From contig NC_058368.1 of NCBI RefSeq assembly GCF_018350175.1, positions 16,680,001 through 16,744,000 of the forward strand: DNA of 64,000 bases. The letters run 5' to 3'. The stretch is from Felis catus. Lineage: Eukaryota. The position numbers and the translations under genes are program-made. Positions 37,761 to 50,183 of this stretch are shown here, one piece after another (the stretch's first letter is position 1; each line of letters starts with the position of its first letter). The notes under the pieces are model-generated. The model did no database searches, had not been told where the DNA came from, and was given only the letters and a program-made list of their open reading frames with translations.

Positions 37761-38344
37761 TGTTATTCTCCAAAACATGATGCCAAAAGAGGAATTTTTG
37801 TCTATATTTACATATATATATATATATAATATTTGATTATATATGTATATGAACATAGATTTCTAAATGAATGTATCACTTAAAACATTTTTATCATGGA
37901 CAGAATTTGCATATGTTACATCTATGCTTTCCATTCTACATTTTGAATGGTTTAAAGAAATATTTTCAGTACTACCTTATTCAAATTAGTATTTATTACA
38001 GCAATTTCCAACTACATTGGTCTAATATTTCCAGTTCTTGGATACATACTGTTAAAATTGTTCTTAGGAATGACTTATCCATTTTCTCCAGAGTTAGTAT
38101 AAAGTAAATCTGAATTTTGAGTAGTGTTGGTATAATTTAGCAGAACTCTTCTAGACTATGGAAGACCTGCCTTCAAAGGGTTGGCAGGGGTTCCCTATAT
38201 AATCTTGTCATTTAAAAAAATCTGATAATATACATGGTGACCTCCATTCATGAATTTGAAATAATACTCTTTTGCCTAAAAGACAATGTATTCTTATTAC
38301 TAGATGATCTCAAATGCTAGGAACCTTTTGATATTAGTTCATTT

Positions 38345-38858
38345 TGAGACAGTTTAGGAAAAGCAAGAGAGACTTAACTCATATAAACCCGCCAGTCTGA
38401 GGCAAGTGTTAAAAGTTTCCATACACGAAGACAAATACCTCCTTCTGGGAAAGTGAACAAACAAGAGATAACAGCCCTTAGGGAGTAATGGTTGTCGGGG
38501 CAAAATTAGAAGTAACAATTCAAAGCCCGCTTTCACAAGTATTTCTATTTCTTAGGAACCCCAAAAGAATGTTGACCATGGAGAAAGGCATCCTGTGATT
38601 GTCTTGGGTCCACTGAAAATTAATGACCACAAGATAATGACCGTGGGACTGAAGGATGCTTCCCCATTCCCAGTCCCTCTCCCTTTGGAAAAGTGCCTAG
38701 ATAAGCCTTGCACACTACCCCTTTGAGGAGCAAAATTCGTCTTTCTTGTCGGCTCTCTTGTTTACAGCCTATCTCTAATAAACTACTCCTGCTTTCCTTC
38801 TCTTGAGTTCAGTGTTCATTTCTGTGACTCAAGAACCAGGTCTTGGAATCTGGTAACA
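38345..38858 (+). mobile_element. Complete solo LTR (514 bp), ERV1-class by TSD length
   Basis: TGAGAC...GGTAACA, 4-bp TSD ATTT (38341-38344, 38859-38862), AATAAA at 38777-38782. Confidence 0.75.
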
Positions 38859-39349
38859 ATTTTATTTTGAAACAGAAATGTGTATTTTATCAAGGTGTAA
38901 TAACTATTAGAATGTAGCTAATGTTGAATGACACATCAAAGATGATAATGGACTACTAGCCAGAAGTATGGTGTTACTTCATAAATATAAGCTTTTGTGA
39001 TTAGCAGATTATTTAAAAAGCAAAAACTATGAAGAAGAAAACTCATTGTATGACTATAAAAAACAAAAGCCTATTAAGGGATCACTTGAAAATAGTAAAA
39101 TTGATTCCTTCTTTACTTTTAGAGACATTAATTCAATAGAGTTTTACTTAACATTTGTTTTAGGGATAGAACTATTCTCTAAATATAAGTACTCTCTCTG
39201 TGTATATGCATTCTCTAAGTAATATAAAATCTCAATCTTCAAGTTTAACTTCATTGAGGAGACAAGACCTACAGAAATCAAATGTGGGGATTAGATAAAC
39301 ATACAGTCAACAATAGCATACACTGTTCTTAAGAATTGTGAAAAATTGA

Positions 39350-39540
39350 GGGGCACCTGGGTGGCTCCGTCAGTTAAGTGACCAACTTTGGCTCAGGTCA
39401 TGATCTCACAGTTTGTGAGTTCTAGCCTCACATCAAGCTCTGTGCTGACAGCTCAGAGCCTGGAGGCTGCTTCAGATTCTGTGTCTCCCCCTCTCATTGT
39501 CCCTCCCCCCCCCGTTAAAAATAAACATTAAAAAAAAAAA
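39350..39540 (+). mobile_element. Can-SINE
   Basis: TSD aattgtgaaaaa. Confidence 0.94.
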
Positions 39541-40804
39541 CAATTGTGAAAAATGGAGTAGATAGAAAATTGGTGAAATCCAAAATTCAGTCAAAAGGTT
39601 TGGAATGAATGTCATGTGGTATCTAATCTTCTTCTGAGACCCCAAGGTTCTTGTTCCCAGGAAGGAGGCCCATTTTCTCAATTAGATGAAGTTAAAAGTT
39701 GTTCTTGCTATGCTATGACTGTGTCTGCTTTCCCATCTTGTTGACTTATTTATGTAAAACAGTTTACATATACTTAAATTATGTAAGCTTTTTATTATAT
39801 GTGAAGGAACAAAAGCTTCATCTGAGTCATTCTTACCCTGTATTTATTAAACAATATTCGGCCCAGTGAGTCAATGCTGAGGAAGCTGTATGTCCAAATT
39901 AGAAGTGCAGGGCTTACTAACAACCGAGGGAAAGAGGGAAGCTGAGTACAACACAGGTGTGAAACCAGGAATGGGCCCAGAGGAAATGTTACTTGGAAAA
40001 AATGTTCATCTGTAAAGAGGAAAAGGGATTGCTTTTGCTCTTTGGTTTTATGTGACATTTTGCAAATATAAATTACTCTCTTTTGCACTGTGTATTTGTA
40101 TGTGAAACACATGAAATGCCCATGCCTGGATCAAAGGCTTTTGCATTTTGACCATAGTTTCTGCCTGCAGGCGGTTTGCCTGCCCCCTTGTCACCACTCA
40201 CTGCAAAGGCCAACCTGCCTGGTCACATAGTGGCCCAGTAGATACTGAACCCACAGCCAGGCAGTGACTCTGGGAAGGGGCTTTTGACTGAGATGACTGA
40301 AAGCTACAGAGGATGCCCTCCCATTTTCTTTTGTCTACTGGCTCATATATTCAAGAGTATGGTGAAAATATACCAGCAATCTTTTGAAAATACCTGATGA
40401 CTATAAAAGAGTGTAGAAATGACCAAAATGAGCCAGTTATTTTATGAGGCTGATACGCTACCTACTGTGCTAACAAGGCACCTTGAACTTGTTATTTTAA
40501 AGGGAACAGTTCATTGAGTAGATGAAAATAATAATTAGGAAACACAGAGTGTTTTAAAAGATTGTTACGTTCATCAAACAAAAGTAAGCCAATGTAAAGG
40601 TTTTGTAGTTTTAGATTTTTGATTTGTCTATTCATTTTTTAAAATCTCTGCCTATTTTGTATTAAATTCCTGAATATTTTATTTTGAGTGAGGGAATAGT
40701 TTATATATTTTTTTAACAGATTATCTTCTTTGTGAGAATTCTTTATATATTCCAGAAAAAGTGCATTGCAAGATACAGATTTTAAAAGTACATACTCTCA
40801 GGTA

Positions 40805-41015
40805 TGACGCTGAGCCTGAGTCGCTCAGTCAGTTAAGTGTCCAACTCTTGGTTTTGGCTCAGGTCATGATCTCAAGGTCGGTGAGATTGAGCTCTGCGTT
40901 GGGCTCTGTGCTGACAGTGCAAAGCCTGTTTGGGATTCTCTCTCTCCTCTCTTTCTGCCCCCACCCCCACCTGAAAATAAACTAACATTAAACAAACAAA
41001 CAAACAAACAGACAA
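40805..41015 (+). mobile_element. Older Can-SINE
   Basis: ctcagtcagttaagtgtccaactcttgg...gggattctctctc; (AAAC)n tail. Confidence 0.9.
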
Positions 41016-41410
41016 ACTATGTACTCCCAGGGTGTGGTTTGCCTTTTCAAATTCACTATAGTGTCTTTGGGTGACCAAAGTTTTGATTTTGATGAACTAT
41101 AATTTTTTTTATCTTATAGTATTTTTTTGTGCTGTATTTAAAATTTAAGAAATTCAAAGCCATCCAATTTCTCCCTTTGTTTTCTTCTAAAATTTTGTAT
41201 TGTTAGCCTTTATCTCTTTGAAGTAATTTATATATATGGTATGAGATATTTGATATGTAATTATGGTTTTAGTTACATTTCTCATATTTAATAAAGACAT
41301 TGAGCATTTTTATATGCTGCTTGTCAAGTTGCATCTCTCCTTTTTCTATTACTTTCCCCCTTTTTTTCCCATTGGGTAATTTATATTTTTGTTACTCAGT
41401 TGTTGAAGTT

Positions 41411-41636
41411 TGTTTTTTTTTTAAATTTTTTTTCAATGTTTATTTATTTTTGGGACAGAGAGAGGCAGAGCATGAACGGGGGAGGGGCAGAGAGAGAGGG
41501 AGACACAGAATCGGAAACAGGCTCCAGGCTCTGAGCCATCAGCCCATAGCCTGACACGGGGCTCGAACTCACGGACCGCGAGATCGTGACCTGGCTGAAG
41601 TCGGACGCTTAACCGACTGCGCCACCCAGGCGCCCC
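41411..41636 (-). mobile_element. Young Can-SINE (SINEC_Fc)
   Basis: Many intact CpGs; TSD ttgaagttt. Confidence 0.97.
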
Positions 41637-41786
41637 TTGAAGTTTTTTATAAATTCAGATACCAGACTTTGTTCATGTTTTGGGGGGGGGGGGTGAATAT
41701 TTCTGTCTGGTCTGTCTTACACATTTTTTTTCTAATTTTTACTTTCTTAATTTGATGCAGAGTTTTCTACGATGTTGATGAAGTCT

Positions 41787-41829
<43 letters not shown>

Positions 41830-41880
41830 CTATATGTATGTATATATACCTATAAACAGATACACACACATATACACACA
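41787..41880. repeat. (TA)n/(CA)n microsatellite
   Basis: Direct inspection. Confidence 0.9.
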
Positions 41881-42927
41881 GTTGTTGCATTTTGGAAAAT
41901 GACCAAAGCAAAAACAAAACAAAACAAAACAAAATCTCTTGTCTTGAAAGTCATGTAGCTAGGTGCTTATGTTTTTCTCTAAAATTTCTATGTTTAGAGC
42001 TTTTATCTTTAAATCTATGATCCATATTTAATCAAATGTTCTGCATCTCATATAAGATAGGAGTCCAATTTCTCTCCATTTATTTTTTCCATGTGGATAT
42101 ACAATTTCTGTAGCGAACTTTGTTGAAAAAATTTGTTCCCCTATTTAACTAAAGTGATGCCCTATTTAAAGTCAAATGTCTGTATAAATATGAATGTGTG
42201 TTTGAGCTATTTAGTTACAGTGAATTTTTTTGTCAATATGTATGCCAGTACCATAGTATTTTATAGCTTTGTAGTAATTTTTGAGTCAGATAATATAAAC
42301 TTTCCAAACTTATTTTTCAGGATAACTTTGGTTAATCCACATCTTTTAATTCCATATAAATTTTAGAACTTTCTCATCAATTTCTATAAAAAAGGTAGTC
42401 TAGTGTTTTGATTTAGATTGCATTGAATTTATAGGCCTATTTGGATAAAATTGATGTCTTAACAATATTGACTATTCCATATATAAGTTCAATTACTTAG
42501 ATTATATTTAATTAGGTCAGCAATCTTTTATATGCTTTAATGATGCGGCACTGCATATCTACTATTAAATTTATCAAATGGCATTTTATGTTTATGAGTG
42601 TTATTTTAAATGGTATTTCTCCTTCAGTTCCTTTTACATTTATTTACTGCTGGTATTTATTAACCTTGTATCATGAAACCTTGCTAGATGTATTCACTAG
42701 CTCTAATAATTGTTTTTAGGGTCCTCAGAATTATCTGTGTGAATAATCATGTCAGTTGCAAATCAGTTTTACCTCTTCCTCTTCAGCTTTCATTCTTTCC
42801 TTATTGCGTGAGAGTATATTCAGTATATTGCAGGATAGAAGTGGTGGAAATGGGGATACTTTCCTTTTCCCTGATCTCTCTAGGAAAGGTTAGGAAAAAT
42901 TTCAATAGTTCAATATTAAGTATTACT

Positions 42928-42987
42928 TTTTTCTTTAAGTGTTTATTTATTTGAGAGAGACAGAGAGAGCACAAGCAGGGGAGGGGC

Positions 42988-43022
<35 letters not shown>

Positions 43023-43140
43023 ATCCCAAGCATACTTTCCACCACCAGCACGGAGCCCAACGTGGGCTTGAACCCATGACCTGTGAGATCATGACCTGAG
43101 CCAAAATCAAGAGTTGGACGCTCAACCAACTGAGCTACAG
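42928..43140 (-). mobile_element. Can-SINE, slightly 5'-truncated
   Basis: TSD tattaagtattact at 42914-42927 and 43141-43154. Confidence 0.94.
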
Positions 43141-43807
43141 TATTAAGTATTACTATTAATTATTACTTTTAACTGTGGGCTTTTTATAAATGCTTTTTTA
43201 TCAGATTGTGGAAGTCTCTTTATATTCTGACTTGATAATAATTTTTTATCTGTTGAATTTTGCCATATGATTTTATAGCATGTATGAAGGAAACACAGGT
43301 TTTTATCCTTTATTCTTTTTATGGTAAAATATACTGATTGATTTTCAAATGTTAAATAAACCTTGAATTGTTGGGATAAAAGGTTTTTGTTCATAGTATA
43401 TTAAATATATACTACTTATATATATATTAATTATATATATTAGTTATTTAATATTTTTAAATATTGCTGGATTTGATGTGCTAATATTCTTTTCAGCAAT
43501 TTTACGTTTATATTTATGAGAGATATTCTGTATGTTTTAATGTATTTTTATTATCTCTGTGTTTTTTGTTCATTTTGTTATATCTTGTTAATTTTAGTGT
43601 TAGAGGGATGCTGGTCTCATTAAACATGTTTGGAACTCTTCCTTCCTCTTTTGCCTTCTTGGAAGAGTTTGTATGGTGTTTGTTGGTGAGTTTTTAAATG
43701 TTTGGTAGAAGTCATCAATGAAGCCACCTGGGCCTATCATTTACTTAGCTGAGAGAATTTTTGTAACGTATTACATTTCCCTAATGTGTCCAATGATGTT
43801 TTCATTT

Positions 43808-44011
43808 TCTTTTCTTTTTTTTAATGTTTATTTATTTTTGAGAGAGTGTATGATTAGGGAAGGGGCAGAGAGAGGGAGACACAGAATCCGAAGCAGGTTC
43901 CAAGCTCTGAGCTGTCAGTACAGAGCCTGACACGGGTCTCAAGCTCATGAACCATGAAATCATGACCTGAGCCGAGTTGGACACTCAACCGACTGAGCCA
44001 CCCAGGCGCCT
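43808..44011 (-). mobile_element. Can-SINE
   Basis: TSD tgttttcattttct. Confidence 0.95.
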
Positions 44012-44321
44012 CTGTTTTCATTTTCTCTTTAATTTTGTATCAGTTTGAGTACAGTGTGGGTTTTGAGGAATTTTTTTCTTATTTTATTTAATTTGTCAAA
44101 TTTATTAGCTAACAGTCATAAAGTTTCATATTGTCCTTTTATTGTCTGCAGTAGCTATCCCAGTTCTTAAGCTTTTATTTGTAAGGTTAGTAATTTCTAA
44201 TTTGGCTAGGTGGGAGTGCATCATTTTTATTACTCTTCCATGAAAGCATTTTTGGTTTTGTTAGTTTTTCTCTATTATTCATCTTTAATAATATCTCTAT
44301 TATTCATCTGTTCACTGATTC

Positions 44322-44521
44322 CTTTTTTAAGTCTATTTATTTATTTTGAGAGAGAGAGAGAGAGACAGAGAGAGAGAGAGTGCTGGCAGGGGAGGAGCAG
44401 AGAGGGAATCCCAAGCAGGCTCTGCAATGGCAGCACAGAGCCAGAGGCAGGGCTCGAACTCACAAACCTGAGCCCAAACCAAGAGTTGGATGCTACACTG
44501 ACTGAGACACCCAGGGCACCC
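44322..44521 (-). mobile_element. Can-SINE
   Basis: TSD ttcactgattc. Confidence 0.93.
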
Positions 44522-44538
44522 TATTCACTGATTCTTAT

Positions 44539-44767
44539 TATTTTTTATGATTATCTATTTATTTTTGAGGGACAGAGAGAGAAAGAGAGCAGGGAAGGGA
44601 CAGAGAGCAGGGAAGGGACAGAGAAGAGGGAGATACAGAATCTGAAGCAGGCTCCAGGCTCCAAGCTGTCAGCACAGAGCCTGACATGATGCTTGAACCC
44701 AGGAATCATGAGATCATGACCTGAGCCGAAGTCAGAGGCTTAACCCACTGAGCCACCCAGGTGCCCC
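44539..44767 (-). mobile_element. Can-SINE with an internal 18-bp duplication
   Basis: TSD cactgattcttat; agagagcagggaagggac twice. Confidence 0.94.
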
Positions 44768-45633
44768 CACTGATTCTTATACTTATCTTTCTTTTTTTCT
44801 TTTTTTCTATGTATTCAGCTTTTGCTTTGCACATGTGCATCTAAAGCCATACATATATCCCAAAACACTGCTTTTCCTGTATCTTGCAAATTATGAAATT
44901 GTATTTTCAATATCATTTAATTAAAAATATTTTCTAGTTTATTTTGTGGTTTTCTCATTATTATAGATTTCTTGGAAGTATTTTGTTTTATTTCCAAATA
45001 TTTGATGTTTTCCTGGATATCATAAAATTATTGATTTCTGATTTCACTTCATGATGGTCAGAATATCTGTATGATTCTGTATGATTTTAATCTTTCAAAT
45101 TTATGGATATCTGTTTTATTGCTTGTCTGTGGGCTTTCTTGGTGGATACACTATGTGCTGCTGGAAAAAAATATTCTCTACTTCTAGGACATACTGTCCT
45201 GAAGTATTAGTTTGGGCAAGGTGGTTAGTCATTTTGTTTAGATCATTTCTGTCTTAATGATCATTTTTCTTTCAACTACTGAGAATACAGTGCTAAAACT
45301 CCCACCACAATTGTAAAGTGAACCAAATTAAATTCTTTTAATTGTGTACTTTTTAAAAAATGTGTTTTGAAGTTTTTTTTAAGACACATACACTTTATGG
45401 TTTTATGTTTTGATGAAAAATCTCTTTTTATCATTACAAACTGTTCCTTAATTGATATCACAATATACTTGGCCTTGGATCTATTTTACCTAATATTAAT
45501 GTAGGCAACACTGACACAGAAAAGCCTTATTATCCTGCTTGAATGCTGTACACTTCCATTAATTTTCTTTCAACCTCCGCGTGCATTTATATTTAAAGTC
45601 AATTTATTTAGAAACCATATTGATTGGTCTTTA

Positions 45634-45815
45634 TGTGTATATATATATACACATATATATATACATATACATATATATACATACATATATACATACATAT
45701 ATATATACATATACATATATATGTAAATATATATACATATACATATATATGTAAATATATATATATACATATGTATATATATATGTAAAATATATATATA
45801 TACATATATATATGT
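45634..45815. repeat. Complex (TA/CA)n microsatellite
   Basis: Direct inspection. Confidence 0.95.
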
Positions 45816-47501
45816 AAAATTCATTCTAGAAGGCTCTGCCTTCTAGTTGTGTTTCCATTAACACTGAATGTGATTATCAATAAAGTTGGATTTTATTCTG
45901 CCATTTAATTATTGGTTTGATTTGTGTCTCTTTTTATTTCAACTATTTACTTTATTATTAATAAAATAAATTGTTTATGATTATTTCTTACTAACTTATT
46001 TCGTTTCTTTTAACTCTCTTCTCTAAATTCCTGAGTTGAATAATCAAGATCATTTGTTTTCAATTTTTAATTATTCTTGATAGATACTTAACTTAGGATT
46101 TAAATAATGGAGTATCCTTGAAGACATTTGCTATCTTGGTAATTACATTTGGAATTGCAGTATATCTAGGCCCTTTATAGCACTCAATTGTATCTAGTAT
46201 AAGATCTCATGATGAATTTAAAGGACTTTGTCAGAATTATACACAAAACCAATGAGTTTGGAATAATAAGATGACAAATTCAGTATATTATCCTCTGGGC
46301 ATGAAGAGAAGCAGCAATAATTAATTGTAGGAACAATATTTTAAGCATCACTTTTTATGCTATTTTACAGAATATGTCCGTTAAAGTCACTGGCTTGCCC
46401 TACTTACTAATTGTCTGCCCTCCATGATTTATTTTTTTCCTCTCTCCTTTTTTTTCTTCTTCTCAGCTCTTACATCATTTAAATACTCAGTGATTAGTGC
46501 CATCATCAACTCTTTTTCTTCCAACATGTTGATTTAATTTAGCATGTGCAGTTCACAGCTGCATGGTTATTGATAAAATTTTGAAAAACAAGGACAGGTT
46601 TATTTTAGTACTATACAACTGATAGACACTTTACAGTTTTATATGTTTCCATTGCAAATAAACTGCCAACAATCTCATTTTTCAGTTGCATTCATATTTC
46701 TTCTACCCACAGCATGTTTAACGTTCTAAAACTCACCTAAACGGTATCTTCCCCTAAAAGTTCTACTTCTGAAGTTAAAAATAGCATAGAAAACTCTGCT
46801 GGATTATGCACATTATTTAGTGACAACTTATTTTTATCAGATACATGACAGAATAATCTGTTCCCTTTTTATGTGTTATTTGCTTGTATATTAATATTCT
46901 ATAAGGTATTGCTATCAATACCTTCCCAATCCATGAGTTCTAAAAATTACATAGATATGATTTCATCACTTCAGTAATTTCAAGAAGTAAACAAGGAAAG
47001 GTGATATTTATGTTTTATGACTGTATAAAAAACAATGGCTAACTTCCTAGAATAAGCAGGTTGGTGAATGAAAATAAAGACTAATTATTCTGACTTCTTG
47101 ACATCAGAAAGTGCATCATTATTAAAATAAAATGGTTATTCTGCATTGACTTCTTTTCAAAATACATTTTGTCGTGTTCAAAGCTTGGAGGCAGTTAAAG
47201 AACGAATTAGAGAAAAAGATCAAGTAAATTGGGAATTCAGAATTTCTCAGCTTTCACTCATATCCACATTTAAATCTCTCTGAATGTTTTTCTTTTACTT
47301 CAACAAATTCGAGAAAGTGTGTCAACCAAGTAATTCATGCATAACATTTTCTGTTGCCTTCACTTATTAATAGAAAACTGCATTTAGATATCACTTAAGT
47401 TTTGCTGTGACCAATAATAGAAAATCAATGCAAAAGCATACATAAAATAGAAGAACACCAAAATCAAGATCTTATGTAGATTTCTAAAGTGCATTTATTC
47501 T

Positions 47502-47745
47502 GGGGCGCCTGGGTGGCTCAGTTGGCTGAGCTTCCGACTCTTGGTTTCCGCTAAGGTCATGATCTCACTGTTGGTGACATTGAACGGGGCAACAGATCAG
47601 CACAGAGCCTGCTTGGGATTCTTTCTCCTTCTCTCTCTGCCTCTCCCCCACTCACTTGCATGTATGCGCACACACTGTCTCTCTGTCTCTCTCTCTCTCT
47701 GTCTCTCTCTCTTGTTCTCTCAAAGTAATAAATAAACTTTAAAAA
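47502..47745 (+). mobile_element. Older Can-SINE
   Basis: Degenerate TSD taaagt..atttatt.t. Confidence 0.92.
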
Positions 47746-47793
47746 TAAAGTATATTTATTTTCCGTTTTCTTAAGGTTATTAAAACCAATTAA

Positions 47794-48011
47794 GGGGCGC
47801 CTGGGTGGCTCGGTCGGTTGAGCGTCCGACTTTGGCTCAGGTCATGATCTCGCGGTCCGTGAGTTCGAGCCCCGCGTGGGCTCTGTGCTGACAGCTCAGA
47901 GCCTGAAGCCTGTTTCAGATTCTGTGTCTCCCTCTCTCTGACCCTCCCCCGTTCATGCTCTGTCTCTCTCTGTCTCAAAAATAAATAAACGTTAAAAAAA
48001 AAAATTAAAAA
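47794..48011 (+). mobile_element. Young Can-SINE (SINEC_Fc)
   Basis: Near consensus, CpG-rich; TSD aaaaccaattaa. Confidence 0.97.
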
Positions 48012-48084
48012 AAAACCAATTAAGGAAAAACTATAGATAAAAATAGAAATATCACAAAGCAAAAAAGAAATAACGGAAACCAGC

Positions 48085-48320
48085 ACTACGTTTTCTATAT
48101 TCTGAGCATATTACCTAAATAATAATAATAAATATTAATTTAATCTTTACCTATTCCTCACAAAAACCAATGCATAGGTACATGCCTATTTTACAAATGA
48201 TGGTAAAATTAATTTCATAGAGGTTAAGTGTTGTTCAAGTCACATCATTGTAGGTGATAGAATCAGGATTCAAAACAAGTCTTTCTGTCTCCAGTCCATG
48301 ATGTGTCCACTGTACAGTAA
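48085..48320 (-). mobile_element. MIR
   Basis: cctattttacaaatga...agaggttaagtg...gtcacat...aggattcaaaacaagtc. Confidence 0.75.
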
Positions 48321-48789
48321 GGGAAAGGGAAGAAGAGGTGTTGGATGGAAAGAAAGACAGATAAAGGGCACAAGTAAAGCACAAACTGAAGTGCCAGCCA
48401 ATTTTACGTACAATGATTCATTATTTTCAATTTAGTTTTGTGTTGGCACTTCCATTGCTTGTCAACAAATTCAAAAACTGAAATTCAAGAATTAATAGTT
48501 GTGTCCTGGGTCCAACCTTTGGGACAGGGTGGAGCTAAGGTTCAAAAGCAGATATTTCTGCTCCTGTATCTTGACGTCTTTTTTCCCCTAAATTCAAGAC
48601 TCACATACCAATTAAAACTCTATAATGCCTCATGTGGTTCAACATAAATATGTCTTAAACATTCTCCACATCTGAAAACACTCACCGTCCTCACTGCGTT
48701 TTCCCTAGTTTGGCGAATCATATCATTATTTACCCGGTGACACAAAATGTGAGCTGCACATGAATTTCATGCCTATAAGTTATATATAT

Positions 48790-48882
48790 ATTTTTTATTT
48801 GAGTATAGTTGACACACAATGTTACATTAGTTTCAGGTGTGCAACTTGTGATGCAACAAGTTTATAAATTATGCTCACCACA
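48790..48882 (-). mobile_element. L1 extreme 3' end (L1MA9/carnivore-type)
   Basis: gagtatagttgacacacaatgttacattagtttcaggtgtgcaac. Confidence 0.8.
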
Positions 48883-49039
48883 AAAGTACCCTATTTTCAT
48901 AATGTCACCCTGAGAAGATAATATAAAATGTGAATCCAGGCCCCTCTTGAATCCTATAAAATATGTCTTACCTTTCTACAAACAGAGAAAAAAATATTAA
49001 GGCACATAATCACTATACACGAAAGTAATAACACTAATA

Positions 49040-49880
49040 ATATGCTAACACTTATAAATTGTTTGTTGTGTGTCAGATACTGTACTTTAAGAGTTTTATT
49101 TCAATAATTTTCATATTACAGTAAAACCTTGGTTTGCAAACATAATTCGTCCTGGAAACATGCTGCTAATCCAAAGCATTTGTATATCAAAGCAAATTTC
49201 CCCATAAGAAGTAATGGAAATGCAGATGATTCCTTTCACAACCCCAAAATATTCTTATAAAAATGATTTCAATGCTGTAATATAATACAAAATAATAAAG
49301 GAAATACAAAATATAAAGAAAAGTAAGCAAATTAACCTGCACTTACCTTGGTAAACCTTCATGGCTGGTGTGATGGAGACAAGAGTGAGGAAGATTATTG
49401 TGTAGAATAACTTTCACTATCGGTAACAGAATCACTGCTATCTATTGGCTCAATGGAATCTTTTTCCTTTTGTGCAACTTTAACAAGGAACCTATCCAAT
49501 GACACCTGCTTTTGCCTCTTTTGGAGGATTTTATGTATCTGTGACATTGCATTGACAATAACCCACAATCCCACAGTGAGAGAAGAACTAATTGTGATCA
49601 CGTGACATTCAGTGTCACATACTACTTGTATTGCAAGACATGGCTCATTTATCAAGTAAAAAGTTGTTAAAAATGTTTGCTCATCTTGCAGAACACTCAC
49701 AGAACAAGTTACTCACAATCCAAAGTTCTACTGTATTACTATTTCGCAGATAAGGAAACTGAGATAAGATTGAGTTTAAGTAGTTTGCTCAAAGACAAAC
49801 TTCCTAGGAGGTGAGTGGTCAAGATCAAAATCCAGGCCATTAGCCTCAAAAGCCTATGGTTTAGCCTCTATGCCATACTG
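49040..49880 (-). mobile_element. MIR split by a Tigger-type element
   Basis: tgtgtcagatactgtact on the left, resuming at cagataaggaaactgag...gtttaagtagtttgctcaaag. Confidence 0.7.
49119..49733 (-). mobile_element. Non-autonomous TcMar-Tigger element (MER82-like; exact family uncertain), 615 bp
   Basis: TA target duplications at 49117-49118 and 49734-49735; TIRs CAGTAAAACCTTGGTTTG and CAATCCAAAGTTCTACTG; transposase C-terminal remnant KRQKQVSLDRFL. Confidence 0.85.
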
Positions 49881-50183
49881 ATTTAGTGATTTGAAACAGG
49901 TTAGGTTGATAAAATGGCCCATTCTAGTCCCAGGAGTATAAGAATGTGGAGTCTATTTCTTTTGAACTTAATATACTGAGTAGAGGACCAGGGAAAAAGT
50001 CAATATAACTACAGAGTGAGCGCTTGTGTGGCTTTAGGGAAGCTGCTAAATGTTTCCTAGTTAGCAGTGTCATCATATGTAATATGAGAGATTTGGTCCG
50101 ATAAACTTTATGGTACCTCTGTGTACGAAAATTCTGTATTAAATAAATATATTAAGTCTATTATTTTCTTAAATCAGTCAATA

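Larger units (their letters stand above)
40690..45610 (-). mobile_element. Long old L1 ORF2/3' region, antisense, carrying six SINEs and microsatellites
   Basis: ttgatttagattgcattgaatttataggcct, tactgattgattttcaaatgttaaataaaccttgaattgttgggataa, aatgtttggtagaagtcatcaatgaagccacctgggcct. Confidence 0.8.

Noticed and set aside
44210..44689. 159-aa ORF
   Set aside because: Spans antisense L1 and two SINEs
46903..46924. 9-bp perfect inverted repeat AAGGTATTG-ctat-CAATACCTT
   Set aside because: Isolated; compatible with chance in 64 kb of AT-rich DNA
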